Of a stretch of DNA of 64,000 nt, positions 46,294-56,987 are shown one piece after another. Where the stretch lies: positions 91,165-155,164 of the forward strand of contig CALVCA010000001.1 of assembly GCA_944325895.1 (NCBI GenBank), given 5' to 3'. The notes under the pieces were generated by a model. It was given only the letters and a program-made list of their open reading frames with translations. It was not told the origin of the DNA and did not search any database. Source of the DNA: Candidatus Gastranaerophilales bacterium. GTDB taxonomy: Bacteria > Cyanobacteriota > Vampirovibrionia > Gastranaerophilales > Gastranaerophilaceae. The position numbers and the translations under genes are program-made. Position 1 is the stretch's first letter. Each line of letters begins with the position of its first letter.

Positions 46294-47712
46294 CTAAAAT
46301 CTCAAATCTCTTGTGCCGTTTTCAATTTTTGTCAAATCTTCTTTTACGACAGATTTAATTTTTTCGTCTTCAAGCGTTTCAACTTCTTTTGCAATAAGGT
46401 CATATCCGACTTTTTTGGTTTCCTCGGACGCATAATCTTCCAAATATTCTTTCAAAGTCAAAATAGCGTTCGGGTGGCAGAAGTTATGAATTTGCTGCTG
46501 TTTGCAGATTTCCATAAATCTTTCGCCGGTTCTGCCGCTTCTGTAGCAGGCAGTGCAGAAACTCGGCACATAACCCATCTCCATAAGCCATTTGATAACA
46601 TCATCCAAAGGACGTCTGTCCGACACATCGAATTGTGCTGAATTTTCGTCTTCGGGCATCGGATTAAAATAACCGCCAACGCTTGTTTTTGAGCCGCCGC
46701 TGATTTGAGAAACACCTAAATGCAGCAAACGTTTTCTGCATTCTTCTGATTCTCTTGTTGAAATTATCATGCCGGTGTAAGGAACTGCAATTCTGATACA
46801 GGCGACGATTTTTGCAAAAATATCATCATCAATACCATTATCAAAATCTTCGGGGTTAATATCATCGGCTTTTTTTATTCTCGGAACACTTATGGCATGA
46901 GGTCCGACACCGTGAACAGCTTCAAGGTGCTCAGCATGCATCAAAAGTCCGGCAAATTCATATTTATAAGATTCCAAACCAAAAAGAACACCCAAACTTA
47001 CATCGTCAATACCTGCTTCCATGGCTCTGTCCATTGCTTCTGTATGCCACTTATAATTATGTTTAGGTCCTGTAGGATGCAAGGTTTCATAAGATTCTTT
47101 ATTATAAGTTTCCTGAAACAAAATGTATGTTCCTATTCCTACTTCGTGCAATTTTTTATAATTTTCAACCGTTGTTGCCGCAATATTAACGTTTACACGG
47201 CGGATTTCACCATTTTTATGTTTTATACTATAAATTGTTTTTATTGAGTCCAAAATATATTCAATAGGGTTGTTAACCGGATCTTCGCCCGATTCTATGG
47301 CTATTCGCTTATGTCCCATATCCTGCAATGCAATAACTTCATTTTTAATTTCTTCCTGCGTAAGTTTTTTTCTCGGAATGTGTTTATTTTTGTAATGATA
47401 CGGACAGTAAACACAGCCGTTAACACAATAATTAGAAAGATACAAAGGAGCAAACAAAACTATTCTGTTTCCGTAAAAATCTTTTTTTATTTGCTCGGCA
47501 AGTTTATAAATTTCATCATTTTTTTCTTTTAATTCACATGCTAAAAGCACTGATGCTTCTCTGTGTGTAAGTCCTTTTTTTTGTCTTGCTTTTTCCAGTA
47601 TTGAATCAATTAATTGAACATTATTTTTGTTTTTTTCGGCATAATCAAGAGTATCCAAAATTTCTTCATGAGAAATAAACTCTTCAGCGTCCATAGATTT
47701 CGGATTATACAT
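46294..47712 (-). CDS. hydG: [FeFe]-hydrogenase H-cluster maturase HydG (radical SAM tyrosine lyase)
   Basis: Radical-SAM CVNGCVYC (CX3CX2C). ThiH/HydG-like TIM barrel. C-terminal CTACYRSGRTGERFMEICKQQQIHNFC (CX2CX22C) distinguishes HydG from ThiH. Confidence 0.88.
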   Translation of the reverse strand: MYNPKSMDAEEFISHEEILDTLDYAEKNKNNVQLIDSILEKARQKKGLTHREASVLLACELKEKNDEIYKLAEQIKKDFYGNRIVLFAPLYLSNYCVNGCVYCPYHYKNKHIPRKKLTQEEIKNEVIALQDMGHKRIAIESGEDPVNNPIEYILDSIKTIYSIKHKNGEIRRVNVNIAATTVENYKKLHEVGIGTYILFQETYNKESYETLHPTGPKHNYKWHTEAMDRAMEAGIDDVSLGVLFGLESYKYEFAGLLMHAEHLEAVHGVGPHAISVPRIKKADDINPEDFDNGIDDDIFAKIVACIRIAVPYTGMIISTRESEECRKRLLHLGVSQISGGSKTSVGGYFNPMPEDENSAQFDVSDRRPLDDVIKWLMEMGYVPSFCTACYRSGRTGERFMEICKQQQIHNFCHPNAILTLKEYLEDYASEETKKVGYDLIAKEVETLEDEKIKSVVKEDLTKIENGTRDLRF

Positions 47713-47749
47713 TTTTCACACTCCTCAATAAAATAATACATCCAATATT

Positions 47750-48778
47750 TTACAAGTCAATAATTCCGCCGCCGATTAAATGTTTATCAGATAAATCATA
47801 AATAACACCCGATTGTCCCGGGGTAACCGAATTCACGGGTTCTGAAAACTCAATTTCAATAAAATTATCAAAAACCTTTACGTTTGCTTTTTTAAAATCC
47901 ATATTATATCTAACCTTGACCCAGGCTTCGAATTCTTTTTTTTGAACCGGATATGTTAAATTCAAATTATACAGCACAAGTTTTTTTCTAAAATTATCTT
48001 TTTCTTCGCCTAAATAAACAATATTCGATGCCGCATCAATTTTTACGACATACAAAGGATTCGGAGCGGAAATACCTATACCTTTACGCTGCCCTATGGT
48101 ATATTGATAAAACCCTGAATGTTTTCCTAATATTTTTCCGGTATTTATATCAACAAAACAGCCCTGTTTTTCCCCGAAATTATCAATTAAATACTTTTTA
48201 GTTGTAAGCGGTTTTTCAATAAAACAAATGTCCTGACTTTCCTTTGAATCTTTTGCGGGAAGGTCGTATTTCAAAGCAATATTTTTAATCTGTTCTTTTT
48301 CATAGTCTGACAGCGGGAAAACAGTTTTAGAAAGCTGTTTTTGACTTAATCTGTATAAAAAATACAACTGATCTTTAAAAGAATCTTTAGCCGGATAGAT
48401 TTTATAAGCCCCGTCAGTAAACCTTATATCAGCGTAATGACCTGTCGCAAAAATATCCGCATTCAGCTTATCAATTGCATAATCAAACAAAACACCCCAT
48501 TTAATAAACTGATTGCACATAATACACGGGTTTGGAGTCTTGCCTGATATATAAGAATTTTTAAAATAACTAATAACATTTTCTTTAAATAAATCCCGGA
48601 CATCTAACACACAAAGTTGAATACCGAGTTTATCAGCAGCCATGGCAGCTTTTTCGGGAGTATCTGAATCAATCATTTTGCCGGTAACTCCGACAACTTC
48701 AAACCCTTGTTTTTTTAATAATAATGCGGCAACCGAACTGTCAACACCGCCGCTTAGTGCTACAACCGCCTTTTTCAT
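47750..48778 (-). CDS. mnmA: tRNA-specific 2-thiouridylase MnmA
   Basis: PP-loop VALSGGVDSSVAA, conserved NPCIMCN, and a C-terminal barrel domain. The start is MKKAVV at 48776-48778, overlapping the upstream stop by 4 nt (ATGA). Confidence 0.92.
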   Translation of the reverse strand: MKKAVVALSGGVDSSVAALLLKKQGFEVVGVTGKMIDSDTPEKAAMAADKLGIQLCVLDVRDLFKENVISYFKNSYISGKTPNPCIMCNQFIKWGVLFDYAIDKLNADIFATGHYADIRFTDGAYKIYPAKDSFKDQLYFLYRLSQKQLSKTVFPLSDYEKEQIKNIALKYDLPAKDSKESQDICFIEKPLTTKKYLIDNFGEKQGCFVDINTGKILGKHSGFYQYTIGQRKGIGISAPNPLYVVKIDAASNIVYLGEEKDNFRKKLVLYNLNLTYPVQKKEFEAWVKVRYNMDFKKANVKVFDNFIEIEFSEPVNSVTPGQSGVIYDLSDKHLIGGGIIDL

Positions 48779-49851
48779 TTTTTCCTCTTTATAAAATATG
48801 CACTTATAATGGCAGTAATAGGAACGCAAACCAAAATAACAATACTGCCGACAAGTGCCGATGTGATTTCCGTTGCAACCTGATTAAGGTTAAAAAACTT
48901 TGTTAAATCGATATTATTTGAGAGCAATACCAAAGGCAAAGAGCTGCCTAAATATACAAGGATAAGAGTATTTGACATTGTACCGATTATATCTTTACCT
49001 ACATTCATGCCTGAAGTAAATAAATCTTTAACAGAAAGTGCATTATCCGTCTGATAGATTTCATTAACAGTACTTGCAATAGAAACCGAAGTATCCATAA
49101 CAGCACCCAAAGCAGCGAGTATAACGGAAGCTGAAAGTATTCCTTCAAAATCTAAATCAGATCGTGCCGTATACAAAAACATTGATTCTTCTCCCGCAAA
49201 ACCGGTCAATGAAGCAATCTTCACAGCCAAAAGCGATAATAGAGCCGCCATAGCCACACTTAATATCGTTCCCAAAACTGCAGACGTACTTTTACGGTTA
49301 AATCCGCCTACCAAATATACTGTTACAATTGTAGCTAAAACACAAATGATTAATGAAGCCAAGATAGGCGACACACCGTTTAAAATCATCGGAGTCAAAG
49401 CAAAAAATATCAGCCCTACGGTTGCGAGTATTGATAAAAAACTCAAAAGACCTTTTTTTCTGCCGATTGCCAAAAGCAAAGCGAAAAATATAAAGGAAAA
49501 AACATAAATTCCTCTTTCACGTTCAATATCAGATATAAAAAATTCAACATCATCAACATCCTGAACAAATTCCGAAACCGGTTCAACATGCAAAACAACT
49601 CTGTCACCTTTTGACAATAAAATATCATATGCCGGATTTCCTGTGAGCATATTTTCCAAAAAAACAGTTTGACCTCTAAATTCGCCTGTCAAAACTTTGA
49701 CTGATACATCCTGCTTAACCTGATTATTTTCACCGTCGACATAATTAATCTCCTGAACAACTCCCTTTTGAGCAGGCAATACAACATTTTCCGCACAATA
49801 CACACACGTTCCTAAAAACAAAATCATTAATACTATAAAAAATTTTTTCAT
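48775..49851 (-). CDS. YibE/F-family integral membrane protein
   Basis: Signal/anchor, a ~110-aa extracytoplasmic domain, then 7-8 TM helices in the arrangement I associate with YibE/F. Confidence 0.7.
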   Translation of the reverse strand: MKKFFIVLMILFLGTCVYCAENVVLPAQKGVVQEINYVDGENNQVKQDVSVKVLTGEFRGQTVFLENMLTGNPAYDILLSKGDRVVLHVEPVSEFVQDVDDVEFFISDIERERGIYVFSFIFFALLLAIGRKKGLLSFLSILATVGLIFFALTPMILNGVSPILASLIICVLATIVTVYLVGGFNRKSTSAVLGTILSVAMAALLSLLAVKIASLTGFAGEESMFLYTARSDLDFEGILSASVILAALGAVMDTSVSIASTVNEIYQTDNALSVKDLFTSGMNVGKDIIGTMSNTLILVYLGSSLPLVLLSNNIDLTKFFNLNQVATEITSALVGSIVILVCVPITAIISAYFIKRKK

Positions 49852-49860
49852 TATTACTCC

Positions 49861-50919
49861 TTAAAACAAACTCTGCTGTGAATTAATTGTCTTATATCCC
49901 AAATGTCTGTAGGCTTCAGGCGAAACTTTTCTTCCTCTCGGTGTTCTTTGTAAAAGTCCTTTTTGAAGTAAAAACGGTTCGCAAACATCTTCTATTGTTC
50001 TGACATCTTCACCTATAGCCGCAGCAATTGTTTCAATGCCGACCGGTCCGCCGTCGTATTTTTCTATAATCAATTTTAAAAGCAATCTGTCTGTTGTATC
50101 AAGCCCGAATTCGTCTATTTTCAACATATCCAAAGCCTCATCGGCAACATTTTCGGTAATTTTACCGTCATGTTTTACCAGTGCAAAATCACTTACACGC
50201 TTTACAAGCCTGTTTGCAATCCTTGGAGTGCCTCTAGAGCGTTTGGCTATTACCAAAGCCCCTTTTTCATCTATATCTATGTTTAAAATTCCGGCTGTTC
50301 TTTCTATAACTTTAGCAAGTTCTTCATTATTGTAAAATTCAAGCCTGTGAACAATACCAAATCTGTCACGCAAAGGTCCCGACAGTTCTCCCGCCTTTGT
50401 TGTTGCACCTATCAATGTAAATTTCGGAAGCGGTATTCGCATTGTTTTTACCGTCTGACTTTTACCGGTTGTCATATCCAAAACAAAATCTTCCATTGCA
50501 GGATACAAAATTTCTTCAGCAACCTTATTCAACCTGTGGATTTCATCAATAAACAAAATTTCTCCGCCTTTTAATGACATTAATATACCGATTATATCTC
50601 TCGGTCTTTCTAAAGCAGGGGCGGAGGTTATTTTAATATCAACTCCCATCTGCTCTGCTATTACACCTGCTAACGTTGTTTTGCCTAACCCGGGAGGTCC
50701 GTAAAACAATAAATGATCAAGCGGAAGTTCACGTTTTTTTGCTGCTTCAATTGTTATTTTTAAAGTTTCCTTCAAAGCCGTTTGACCTATGTATGCTTCA
50801 AACGTTTTCGGACGTATTGAATTTTCAAAATTTTTATCAAATTCAATAGTTTCAGATTTTATATTAGGATTTCGCTTTATTTGTTTGCAGAAATCATTAT
50901 CATCAGAAATTATACTCAT
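49861..50919 (-). CDS. ruvB: Holliday junction branch migration helicase RuvB
   Basis: [13 protein letters not shown] Walker A, FIDEIHRL Walker B, sensor motifs and a winged-helix C-terminus. SD AAGGAG before ATG 50917-50919. Confidence 0.95.
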   Translation of the reverse strand: MSIISDDNDFCKQIKRNPNIKSETIEFDKNFENSIRPKTFEAYIGQTALKETLKITIEAAKKRELPLDHLLFYGPPGLGKTTLAGVIAEQMGVDIKITSAPALERPRDIIGILMSLKGGEILFIDEIHRLNKVAEEILYPAMEDFVLDMTTGKSQTVKTMRIPLPKFTLIGATTKAGELSGPLRDRFGIVHRLEFYNNEELAKVIERTAGILNIDIDEKGALVIAKRSRGTPRIANRLVKRVSDFALVKHDGKITENVADEALDMLKIDEFGLDTTDRLLLKLIIEKYDGGPVGIETIAAAIGEDVRTIEDVCEPFLLQKGLLQRTPRGRKVSPEAYRHLGYKTINSQQSLF

Positions 50920-51010
50920 ACTCCTTAATATTATCACAAATTTCAGCACATGAACAGTTAATAAAAATATTAATATTGTTAAATAAAATTATGCGTGCTA
51001 TAATCCGATT

Positions 51011-54000
51011 ATGGAATGTCCAAAGTGCGGTTTAGAAATTGATAATAACGCAATTGTTTGTCCGAATTGCAAAAAGGTATTAAAAGTCGTTTGCCCTGTT
51101 TGCAAAACAGTTAATGAATCAAACACGTGCAAAAAATGCGGTTACGTTATTGTAACCAAATGCCACAATTGCGGCAAAATAAACCCCACGGCAAATAAAA
51201 AATGCGTCAAATGTAAATTTCCACTTGAAAAAAGTGTTATTTTAAATGAAGCAAATACCGATGATTTTGCAATGCTGACAATAGATTTTCCAAACCTGTC
51301 GGAAATGAAAGAAGTCCTTGGTTCAGCCAAATTATTCAATAAATTCAAAATAAATTTGGATAAAATTATAGTTGATTATGCAAAATCCATCGGTATCAGA
51401 CGTCAAATTATAGATAAAACTTATGTTTTAAGATTTCTAAAAGATTACACTTTTAACGGTTCCGTTAATACCGCAATAAACGCAGCTATTGAAATTCTAA
51501 ACCTGATAACCACACTGAACTGCAAATTAACAAAAAAACAAAATACCTCCGTCAGATGCAACATGGTTTTAATGAAAAAAACTGTTGAATCTGACCCGAA
51601 TGATTACAAATCCGGCTTTAATATAAGCATGGTTCACCAAAAAACAAAAGAAGAAGAACAACGTGTTTTAAACTCTTTCCAAATAATAACCGATACGGAT
51701 TTGTTTGATATTTTGGAAAAAAATTATAAACTTTCACCGTTAAATTCCGTATTGATTGACGGTGAAATGAAAATGTTTTACGAGCTTGACGTAAAAGACT
51801 TAATAGAAATAGATAAATCTATTTTTGAAGAAGAGGAAGAAGATGATATAAAAATTCCCAATTTTGTTCAAAATATGCTTATTGAACAAGACAAAGTCGA
51901 CGGCGAAGTTCTCAGCAAACTCGAAACACCGCAAGATCCCGATGCTATATATGATATAGAAACAATAAATTTCAATGAAATAAATTGTGATTTTATCAGA
52001 TCCGAAAATATTGATGTGTTTTACCATATAGTAAACAAACTTCAATCCGTACCGATGGGAATTTTGGCAATAAAAACCGCTCAAATGTATGTTCCGTATT
52101 CGCTTAAAATAATTAATGAAATTGAGCAGCTTGGCATATACAACAACATCATTTCCATAACTTGCTACGATGAAATGAAATACTCTCCGTATGCATTTTT
52201 TAGAAATTTAGTATCTGCAATTTTTGAATATACCGTTTCTCAAAAATTATTTGATCAAAATGATTTTTCCGCATTTTCATCCATTGATCCCGAGCATATG
52301 ATACGTGATTTGGTAACATTGACAGAACACGAAATTAATGAAGCTATTGATACTAGAAACGAATACTTTGAAATATTTTTAACACTTTTAAAAGTTATTC
52401 CTAACACCCTTATTTTTATTGAAAATTTTGAAAAAATTGACCAAAGCTCATACGACATTCTTAAATTTTTATTTGAAGCCTTTGAAGAACTCCAAATAAG
52501 CTATTTGATATCTTATGACAAAGAATTTTCTTTACACAAACAATCGCACTTTTTGTTAACAAGACCGTACTATACAGAAATAACACTGAAACCAACACCG
52601 TTTGAAAAGATTATTGAAGAAAACAAAAACTTCTACCGCAACATAATGAATGATTTTTACTTTCACAGAATTGCAAAATATGCCTGCGGCAGCATACTGT
52701 TTTTAGACATAGCACTTCAATATTTGGTTGAATCGGGAGTATATCAATACACCGAAGACAGTGTTGAAATGATTAACCCCAAAACAATAATAATTCCGTC
52801 AAACTTAGACAGGTTAATGCGTCGAAGATTAAATCTTTTAAAAGACGATGCTCCTGCAATGAGGTTTTTAACAACCGTAATTCTTTTAGGTACAAGAATT
52901 GATGTTGCTACAATTGAAAGTTTGGGCTATGAAAACACTGAAGAAATAATAAATAAATTATCTGATATGGGATATGTCTACTTCTACAACAACTGCATGT
53001 ACTTCCCTAACTATAATCTTTTACGTGACAACCTTTTGGAGGTTATTAACAAAGTTGATTTACAAAAAATTGCAAATGAATTATTTGCAAAAGTTTTTGT
53101 CGAAGATATGCCCACTCCGGTAAAATCCTACCTGTACAATCTGTTATCCGATGACAGTAAAGCATTTTTAGAATGGGAAAAACTTGCAAAAGTTAACCTG
53201 TCATTAGGCGATTTCAGTGCATATTTGAACTGTTCAACGGAAATTTTAAAACTGTTGGAAAACAAAAAAGTTCCCGAAGATGCAATCGAAGATGTTGAAG
53301 CTTATAAGCTCAATCTGTACGAAAATATTTCGGAAAATTTATACGATTACGTACCCGAAAAAACACAGGACATAGCCGAATTAACGCTTAAAAATCTTGA
53401 GAAAACAACCGATATTGATAAAATTATACTTCTCTGCAATAAAATGATAAGAGGGTCGCTAATTTCTGCAAAATACACACACGCATTATGCCTTACGCAC
53501 AAAATTTTGTCGCTGATTCCTAATGCTTCGCTGGATCCTGAAGCCCCTAACTTTAATTTATACTTCTTCCTTATGTCCGTAATCCACGTTGAAATTCTGT
53601 TTAACACCGGAGCTATGGAAGATTGTCTTGACGTCGGATACAAGATTTTAAACGTTATAAATAATGACAATTTGAACAAATTCATACCACAGGATATGAC
53701 GGAAGACGGATTTAAAGATTTAATGACAAGCTGTATCGGCTATATAGCACTTGCAAACGTTATTCAGCTGAAAGATAACGTAAATGAATTTTTAAATTTG
53801 GCATATAACACCTTAGACTTTTTACCGAGAACTTATGACATATTTATTCAGCTGCAAGAGTTAATTCACGGCAGAGAAGTTCAAGTAACGGAAGAAATGG
53901 TCGGAGAAGACAGATTTTCAAATGTAGTATACAACATAATTTTTGCGTTCATAACCTGCAAAGGATCCCCCGAACAATTTGCCGAAGCTATATATCAGGC

Positions 54001-54529
54001 AAAACTTTCCGCAAAAATTAACGAATTGCCGCAGATTGAAATATTCTGCGATTTATTAATAGGCTATACATATATAAAATTAAATTCATATCAAAAAGCC
54101 GCCTCCATAATCTACAAAATAATCCGTTCCGTAAGAAATCAAGGCATGCACCTTCTGCAACATTTGGGCTGGTATTTTTTGAGCGAAATGAATATGAAAC
54201 AGCGTAAATTTGATGTTGCATACGGTATGCTCAATAACTCAATAATCCAGCTTGAAAGATACGGCAAAGCAAGCGAATTTTTGCTTTTGCTGTTCAAATA
54301 TAACATGTTTAAAATAATGATATACAAAGGTGACGCTGAAAAAGCTGAAATATGTTTAAATCAAGCTTATTACATAACTCAAAAGAATAAAATAAACTTT
54401 AATTTTGATGTTAATCCGCAAAGTTATATTTTAGACGGAAATACCGACATTGAACAAGACGACAATGACAATTTAAACGAAGAAAATAACGAAGAAAATA
54501 TCGAGCAAAATAAAGGAGAGTCAGAATGA
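51011..54529 (+). CDS. Multidomain signalling-type protein: N-terminal multiple zinc ribbons, class-III cyclase-homology-like domain, Walker-less STAND/AAA_16-like region, TPR-like C-terminus (1172 aa)
   Basis: CPKCG..CPNCK..CPVCK..CKKCG..CHNCG..CVKCK. Residues ~85-260 align by eye to the CHD fold (FAMLTIDFPNLSEM / IIDKTYVLRF / SVNTAINAAIEILNLI / VRCNMVLMKK / GEMKMFYEL). No GxxxxGK[ST]. LIFIENFEKIDQSS sits in the Walker-B position. The C-terminal half is helical-repeat. Confidence 0.75.
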   Translation: MECPKCGLEIDNNAIVCPNCKKVLKVVCPVCKTVNESNTCKKCGYVIVTKCHNCGKINPTANKKCVKCKFPLEKSVILNEANTDDFAMLTIDFPNLSEMKEVLGSAKLFNKFKINLDKIIVDYAKSIGIRRQIIDKTYVLRFLKDYTFNGSVNTAINAAIEILNLITTLNCKLTKKQNTSVRCNMVLMKKTVESDPNDYKSGFNISMVHQKTKEEEQRVLNSFQIITDTDLFDILEKNYKLSPLNSVLIDGEMKMFYELDVKDLIEIDKSIFEEEEEDDIKIPNFVQNMLIEQDKVDGEVLSKLETPQDPDAIYDIETINFNEINCDFIRSENIDVFYHIVNKLQSVPMGILAIKTAQMYVPYSLKIINEIEQLGIYNNIISITCYDEMKYSPYAFFRNLVSAIFEYTVSQKLFDQNDFSAFSSIDPEHMIRDLVTLTEHEINEAIDTRNEYFEIFLTLLKVIPNTLIFIENFEKIDQSSYDILKFLFEAFEELQISYLISYDKEFSLHKQSHFLLTRPYYTEITLKPTPFEKIIEENKNFYRNIMNDFYFHRIAKYACGSILFLDIALQYLVESGVYQYTEDSVEMINPKTIIIPSNLDRLMRRRLNLLKDDAPAMRFLTTVILLGTRIDVATIESLGYENTEEIINKLSDMGYVYFYNNCMYFPNYNLLRDNLLEVINKVDLQKIANELFAKVFVEDMPTPVKSYLYNLLSDDSKAFLEWEKLAKVNLSLGDFSAYLNCSTEILKLLENKKVPEDAIEDVEAYKLNLYENISENLYDYVPEKTQDIAELTLKNLEKTTDIDKIILLCNKMIRGSLISAKYTHALCLTHKILSLIPNASLDPEAPNFNLYFFLMSVIHVEILFNTGAMEDCLDVGYKILNVINNDNLNKFIPQDMTEDGFKDLMTSCIGYIALANVIQLKDNVNEFLNLAYNTLDFLPRTYDIFIQLQELIHGREVQVTEEMVGEDRFSNVVYNIIFAFITCKGSPEQFAEAIYQAKLSAKINELPQIEIFCDLLIGYTYIKLNSYQKAASIIYKIIRSVRNQGMHLLQHLGWYFLSEMNMKQRKFDVAYGMLNNSIIQLERYGKASEFLLLLFKYNMFKIMIYKGDAEKAEICLNQAYYITQKNKINFNFDVNPQSYILDGNTDIEQDDNDNLNEENNEENIEQNKGESE

Positions 54530-55962
54530 AAATATTATTTGCGGCAGCGGAAGTTGCACCGTTTTCAAAAGCAGGCGGGCTTGCAGATGTAGTCGGGAGT
54601 TTGCCTAAATATTTGGAAGATGATGCGGAAATTGCAATTTTTACACCGTTTCACGGCTTAATTGATGCTGACAAATACGGTATAAAAGAACTTGAAAATT
54701 CCGAAATGTGGCTGACTTTTTCTAATCAGGGGCATAAGTTCAGGTTATTTATGTGCAAATTGCCAGGAACTAATATAAACGTATTTTTTGTTCACAATGA
54801 CTGGTATTTTACCTGTTTTAAAGAAGTATACCCTAAATGGCTGGACACACGATACGAACACGAAAGATACATTGCCTTTTCACTTGCGGTTATGGAATAT
54901 GCCAAGGCTCTAAATTTTAAAGCTGACATAATACATGCAAATGACTGGCATACAGCCATGATACCTGTATATCTTCACAGTAATTACCGATATGATGATT
55001 TTTGGAAAAACACCAAATGTGTTTTTGAAATACACAACCTTGCTTATCAAGGAGTATGGTTCGAAGACGTGCTGGATTTTGCCAATATGAGGAAAGACAT
55101 TGTATACAACGAATGGGGAGTTGAACATTACGGCAAAGTCAACTGGATGAAAGGTGCCATAAACTACAGCGATAAAGTTGTTGCTGTATCGCCGAATTAC
55201 GCAAAAGAAATTTTAACAGGTGAATACGGCGAAGGCATGGACTATACATTAAGAATGAACCAAAATAAACTAATCGGAATAGTTAACGGGATTGACTACG
55301 ATGTATTCAACCCGAAAACAGACAAAAATTTGATAAAAAATTATACATACAGGAATTTATCCGCAAAAGAAGACAATAAAAAAGCTGTTTGTGAATATTT
55401 CGGACTGAAATATAACCCCGAAAGACCTTTGATAGCACTGATTTCAAGACTGGTAGGTCAAAAGGGCATAGATTTAATCAGAGGTGCTGAAAATGACCTG
55501 CAAAATACAGAAGCGGATTACGTATTTTTAGGCAGCGGAAACAGCGATTATGAAAATTTACTGATATGGCTGTCTAATAATACACCTAATATCAGAGCAT
55601 ATATAGGCTACAAGGCTGATTTGGCAAATCTTATATATGCAGGCAGCGACTTTTTCCTTATGCCGTCAAAATTTGAGCCGTGCGGTTTAAGCCAATTAAT
55701 TGCAATGCATTACGGCTCATTACCGATTGTAAGAGCAACCGGAGGATTGGAAGATACCGTTACAGGCTATCCGCTAAACAATTCAACCGGTTTTAAATTT
55801 TGGCGTTATGACAGCTGGGATATGATGGAAGCTATACGCTGTGCTCTTAGAGTTTATAAAGAAAAACCGACACTGGATGCTATGCGTAAAAGTGCAATGA
55901 AAGCCGATTTTTCATGGGATGTAAGCTCTAAAAAATATCTTGAATTATATAAGGCTCTATAA
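54526..55962 (+). CDS. glgA: Glycogen synthase GlgA (ADP-glucose type)
   Basis: N-terminal AAEVAPFSKAGGLADVVGSLP (KxGGL), GT5 fold, C-terminal PSKFEPCGLSQL. ATGA overlap with the upstream gene. Confidence 0.92.
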   Translation: MKILFAAAEVAPFSKAGGLADVVGSLPKYLEDDAEIAIFTPFHGLIDADKYGIKELENSEMWLTFSNQGHKFRLFMCKLPGTNINVFFVHNDWYFTCFKEVYPKWLDTRYEHERYIAFSLAVMEYAKALNFKADIIHANDWHTAMIPVYLHSNYRYDDFWKNTKCVFEIHNLAYQGVWFEDVLDFANMRKDIVYNEWGVEHYGKVNWMKGAINYSDKVVAVSPNYAKEILTGEYGEGMDYTLRMNQNKLIGIVNGIDYDVFNPKTDKNLIKNYTYRNLSAKEDNKKAVCEYFGLKYNPERPLIALISRLVGQKGIDLIRGAENDLQNTEADYVFLGSGNSDYENLLIWLSNNTPNIRAYIGYKADLANLIYAGSDFFLMPSKFEPCGLSQLIAMHYGSLPIVRATGGLEDTVTGYPLNNSTGFKFWRYDSWDMMEAIRCALRVYKEKPTLDAMRKSAMKADFSWDVSSKKYLELYKAL

Positions 55963-56036
55963 TAAATATCTTAATATTTATACCCAAATCTGAACTTTTG
56001 TTATATAATAAATAAAAAGATTAGGGGGATATTTTT

Positions 56037-56924
56037 ATGCCAATTAAATATGATGCAGGAGAAGTAATAACCGCAATGGTTACTCCGATGAATGCCAAAA
56101 GAGAAATCGATTATGATAAAACGGAATCTCTTGTAAAGCATTTGATAAACAACGGAAGTGATTCCATATTAATAGCCGGTACAACCGGAGAATCACCAAC
56201 GCTGACCCACGAAGAAGAAACCGAATTAATAAGCACGGTAAAACGTGCAGCAGCTAATAAAGTTAAAATAATAGCTAATGCAGGTTCCAATTCAACTGAA
56301 ACAGCAATAATGTCAGCCCAAAAAGCCGAAAAAGAAGAAGTTGACGCAATATTATCGGTTGTACCATACTATAATAAACCATCGCAAAAAGGCATTATTG
56401 AACACTTTTCAGCAGTAGCAAAAGCGGTAAATTTACCGGTAATTTTATACAACATACCGTCAAGAACAGGTGTTACAATGCAGCCAAAAACAATTGCATA
56501 TTTAGCATCACAATATGAAAATATCATCGGAGTAAAACAAAGCTGTCCTGATTTGGATATGGTAAGTGAATTAAGGATGTATTGTCCTGAAGACTTTGTC
56601 ATATACTCGGGCGATGACAGTTTGACGCTTCCTATGCTTGCATTGGGAGCACACGGAGTAATATCCGTCGCATCGCATCTGTTCGGATCAGAAATCAAAT
56701 CAATGATAAGAAATTTCAAAACCGGCAATCCGACAGCCGCAAGAAATATGCATCAAAAATTGTTTAATATATTCAAAAAACTTTTTATGGCACCGAATCC
56801 GGTACCTGTAAAGGCGGCTTTGGCACACAAAAATTTGATTGAAGAATTTGTAAGACTGCCGCTGACAGAATTGAGCGAAGACGAAAAGATTGTTCTGTTT
56901 TCAGCAATAGACAGTTTTAATTAG
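56037..56924 (+). CDS. dapA: 4-hydroxy-tetrahydrodipicolinate synthase DapA
   Basis: TAMVTPM, GTTGESPTL, YNIPSRTG and the GVKQS (catalytic Lys) motifs. Confidence 0.92.
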   Translation: MPIKYDAGEVITAMVTPMNAKREIDYDKTESLVKHLINNGSDSILIAGTTGESPTLTHEEETELISTVKRAAANKVKIIANAGSNSTETAIMSAQKAEKEEVDAILSVVPYYNKPSQKGIIEHFSAVAKAVNLPVILYNIPSRTGVTMQPKTIAYLASQYENIIGVKQSCPDLDMVSELRMYCPEDFVIYSGDDSLTLPMLALGAHGVISVASHLFGSEIKSMIRNFKTGNPTAARNMHQKLFNIFKKLFMAPNPVPVKAALAHKNLIEEFVRLPLTELSEDEKIVLFSAIDSFN

Positions 56925-56987
56925 CCCGAATCGGCTATAAAAATTTATTTTTGACAATAATAATATTACAGATAAGAGGTAAAAAAA

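Noticed and set aside
46294-47712. ThiH (thiamine biosynthesis tyrosine lyase) instead of HydG.
   Set aside because: A C-terminal extension with CX2CX22C, the auxiliary cluster motif specific to HydG, is present. An [FeFe]-hydrogenase is encoded in the same window, and there are no thi genes nearby.
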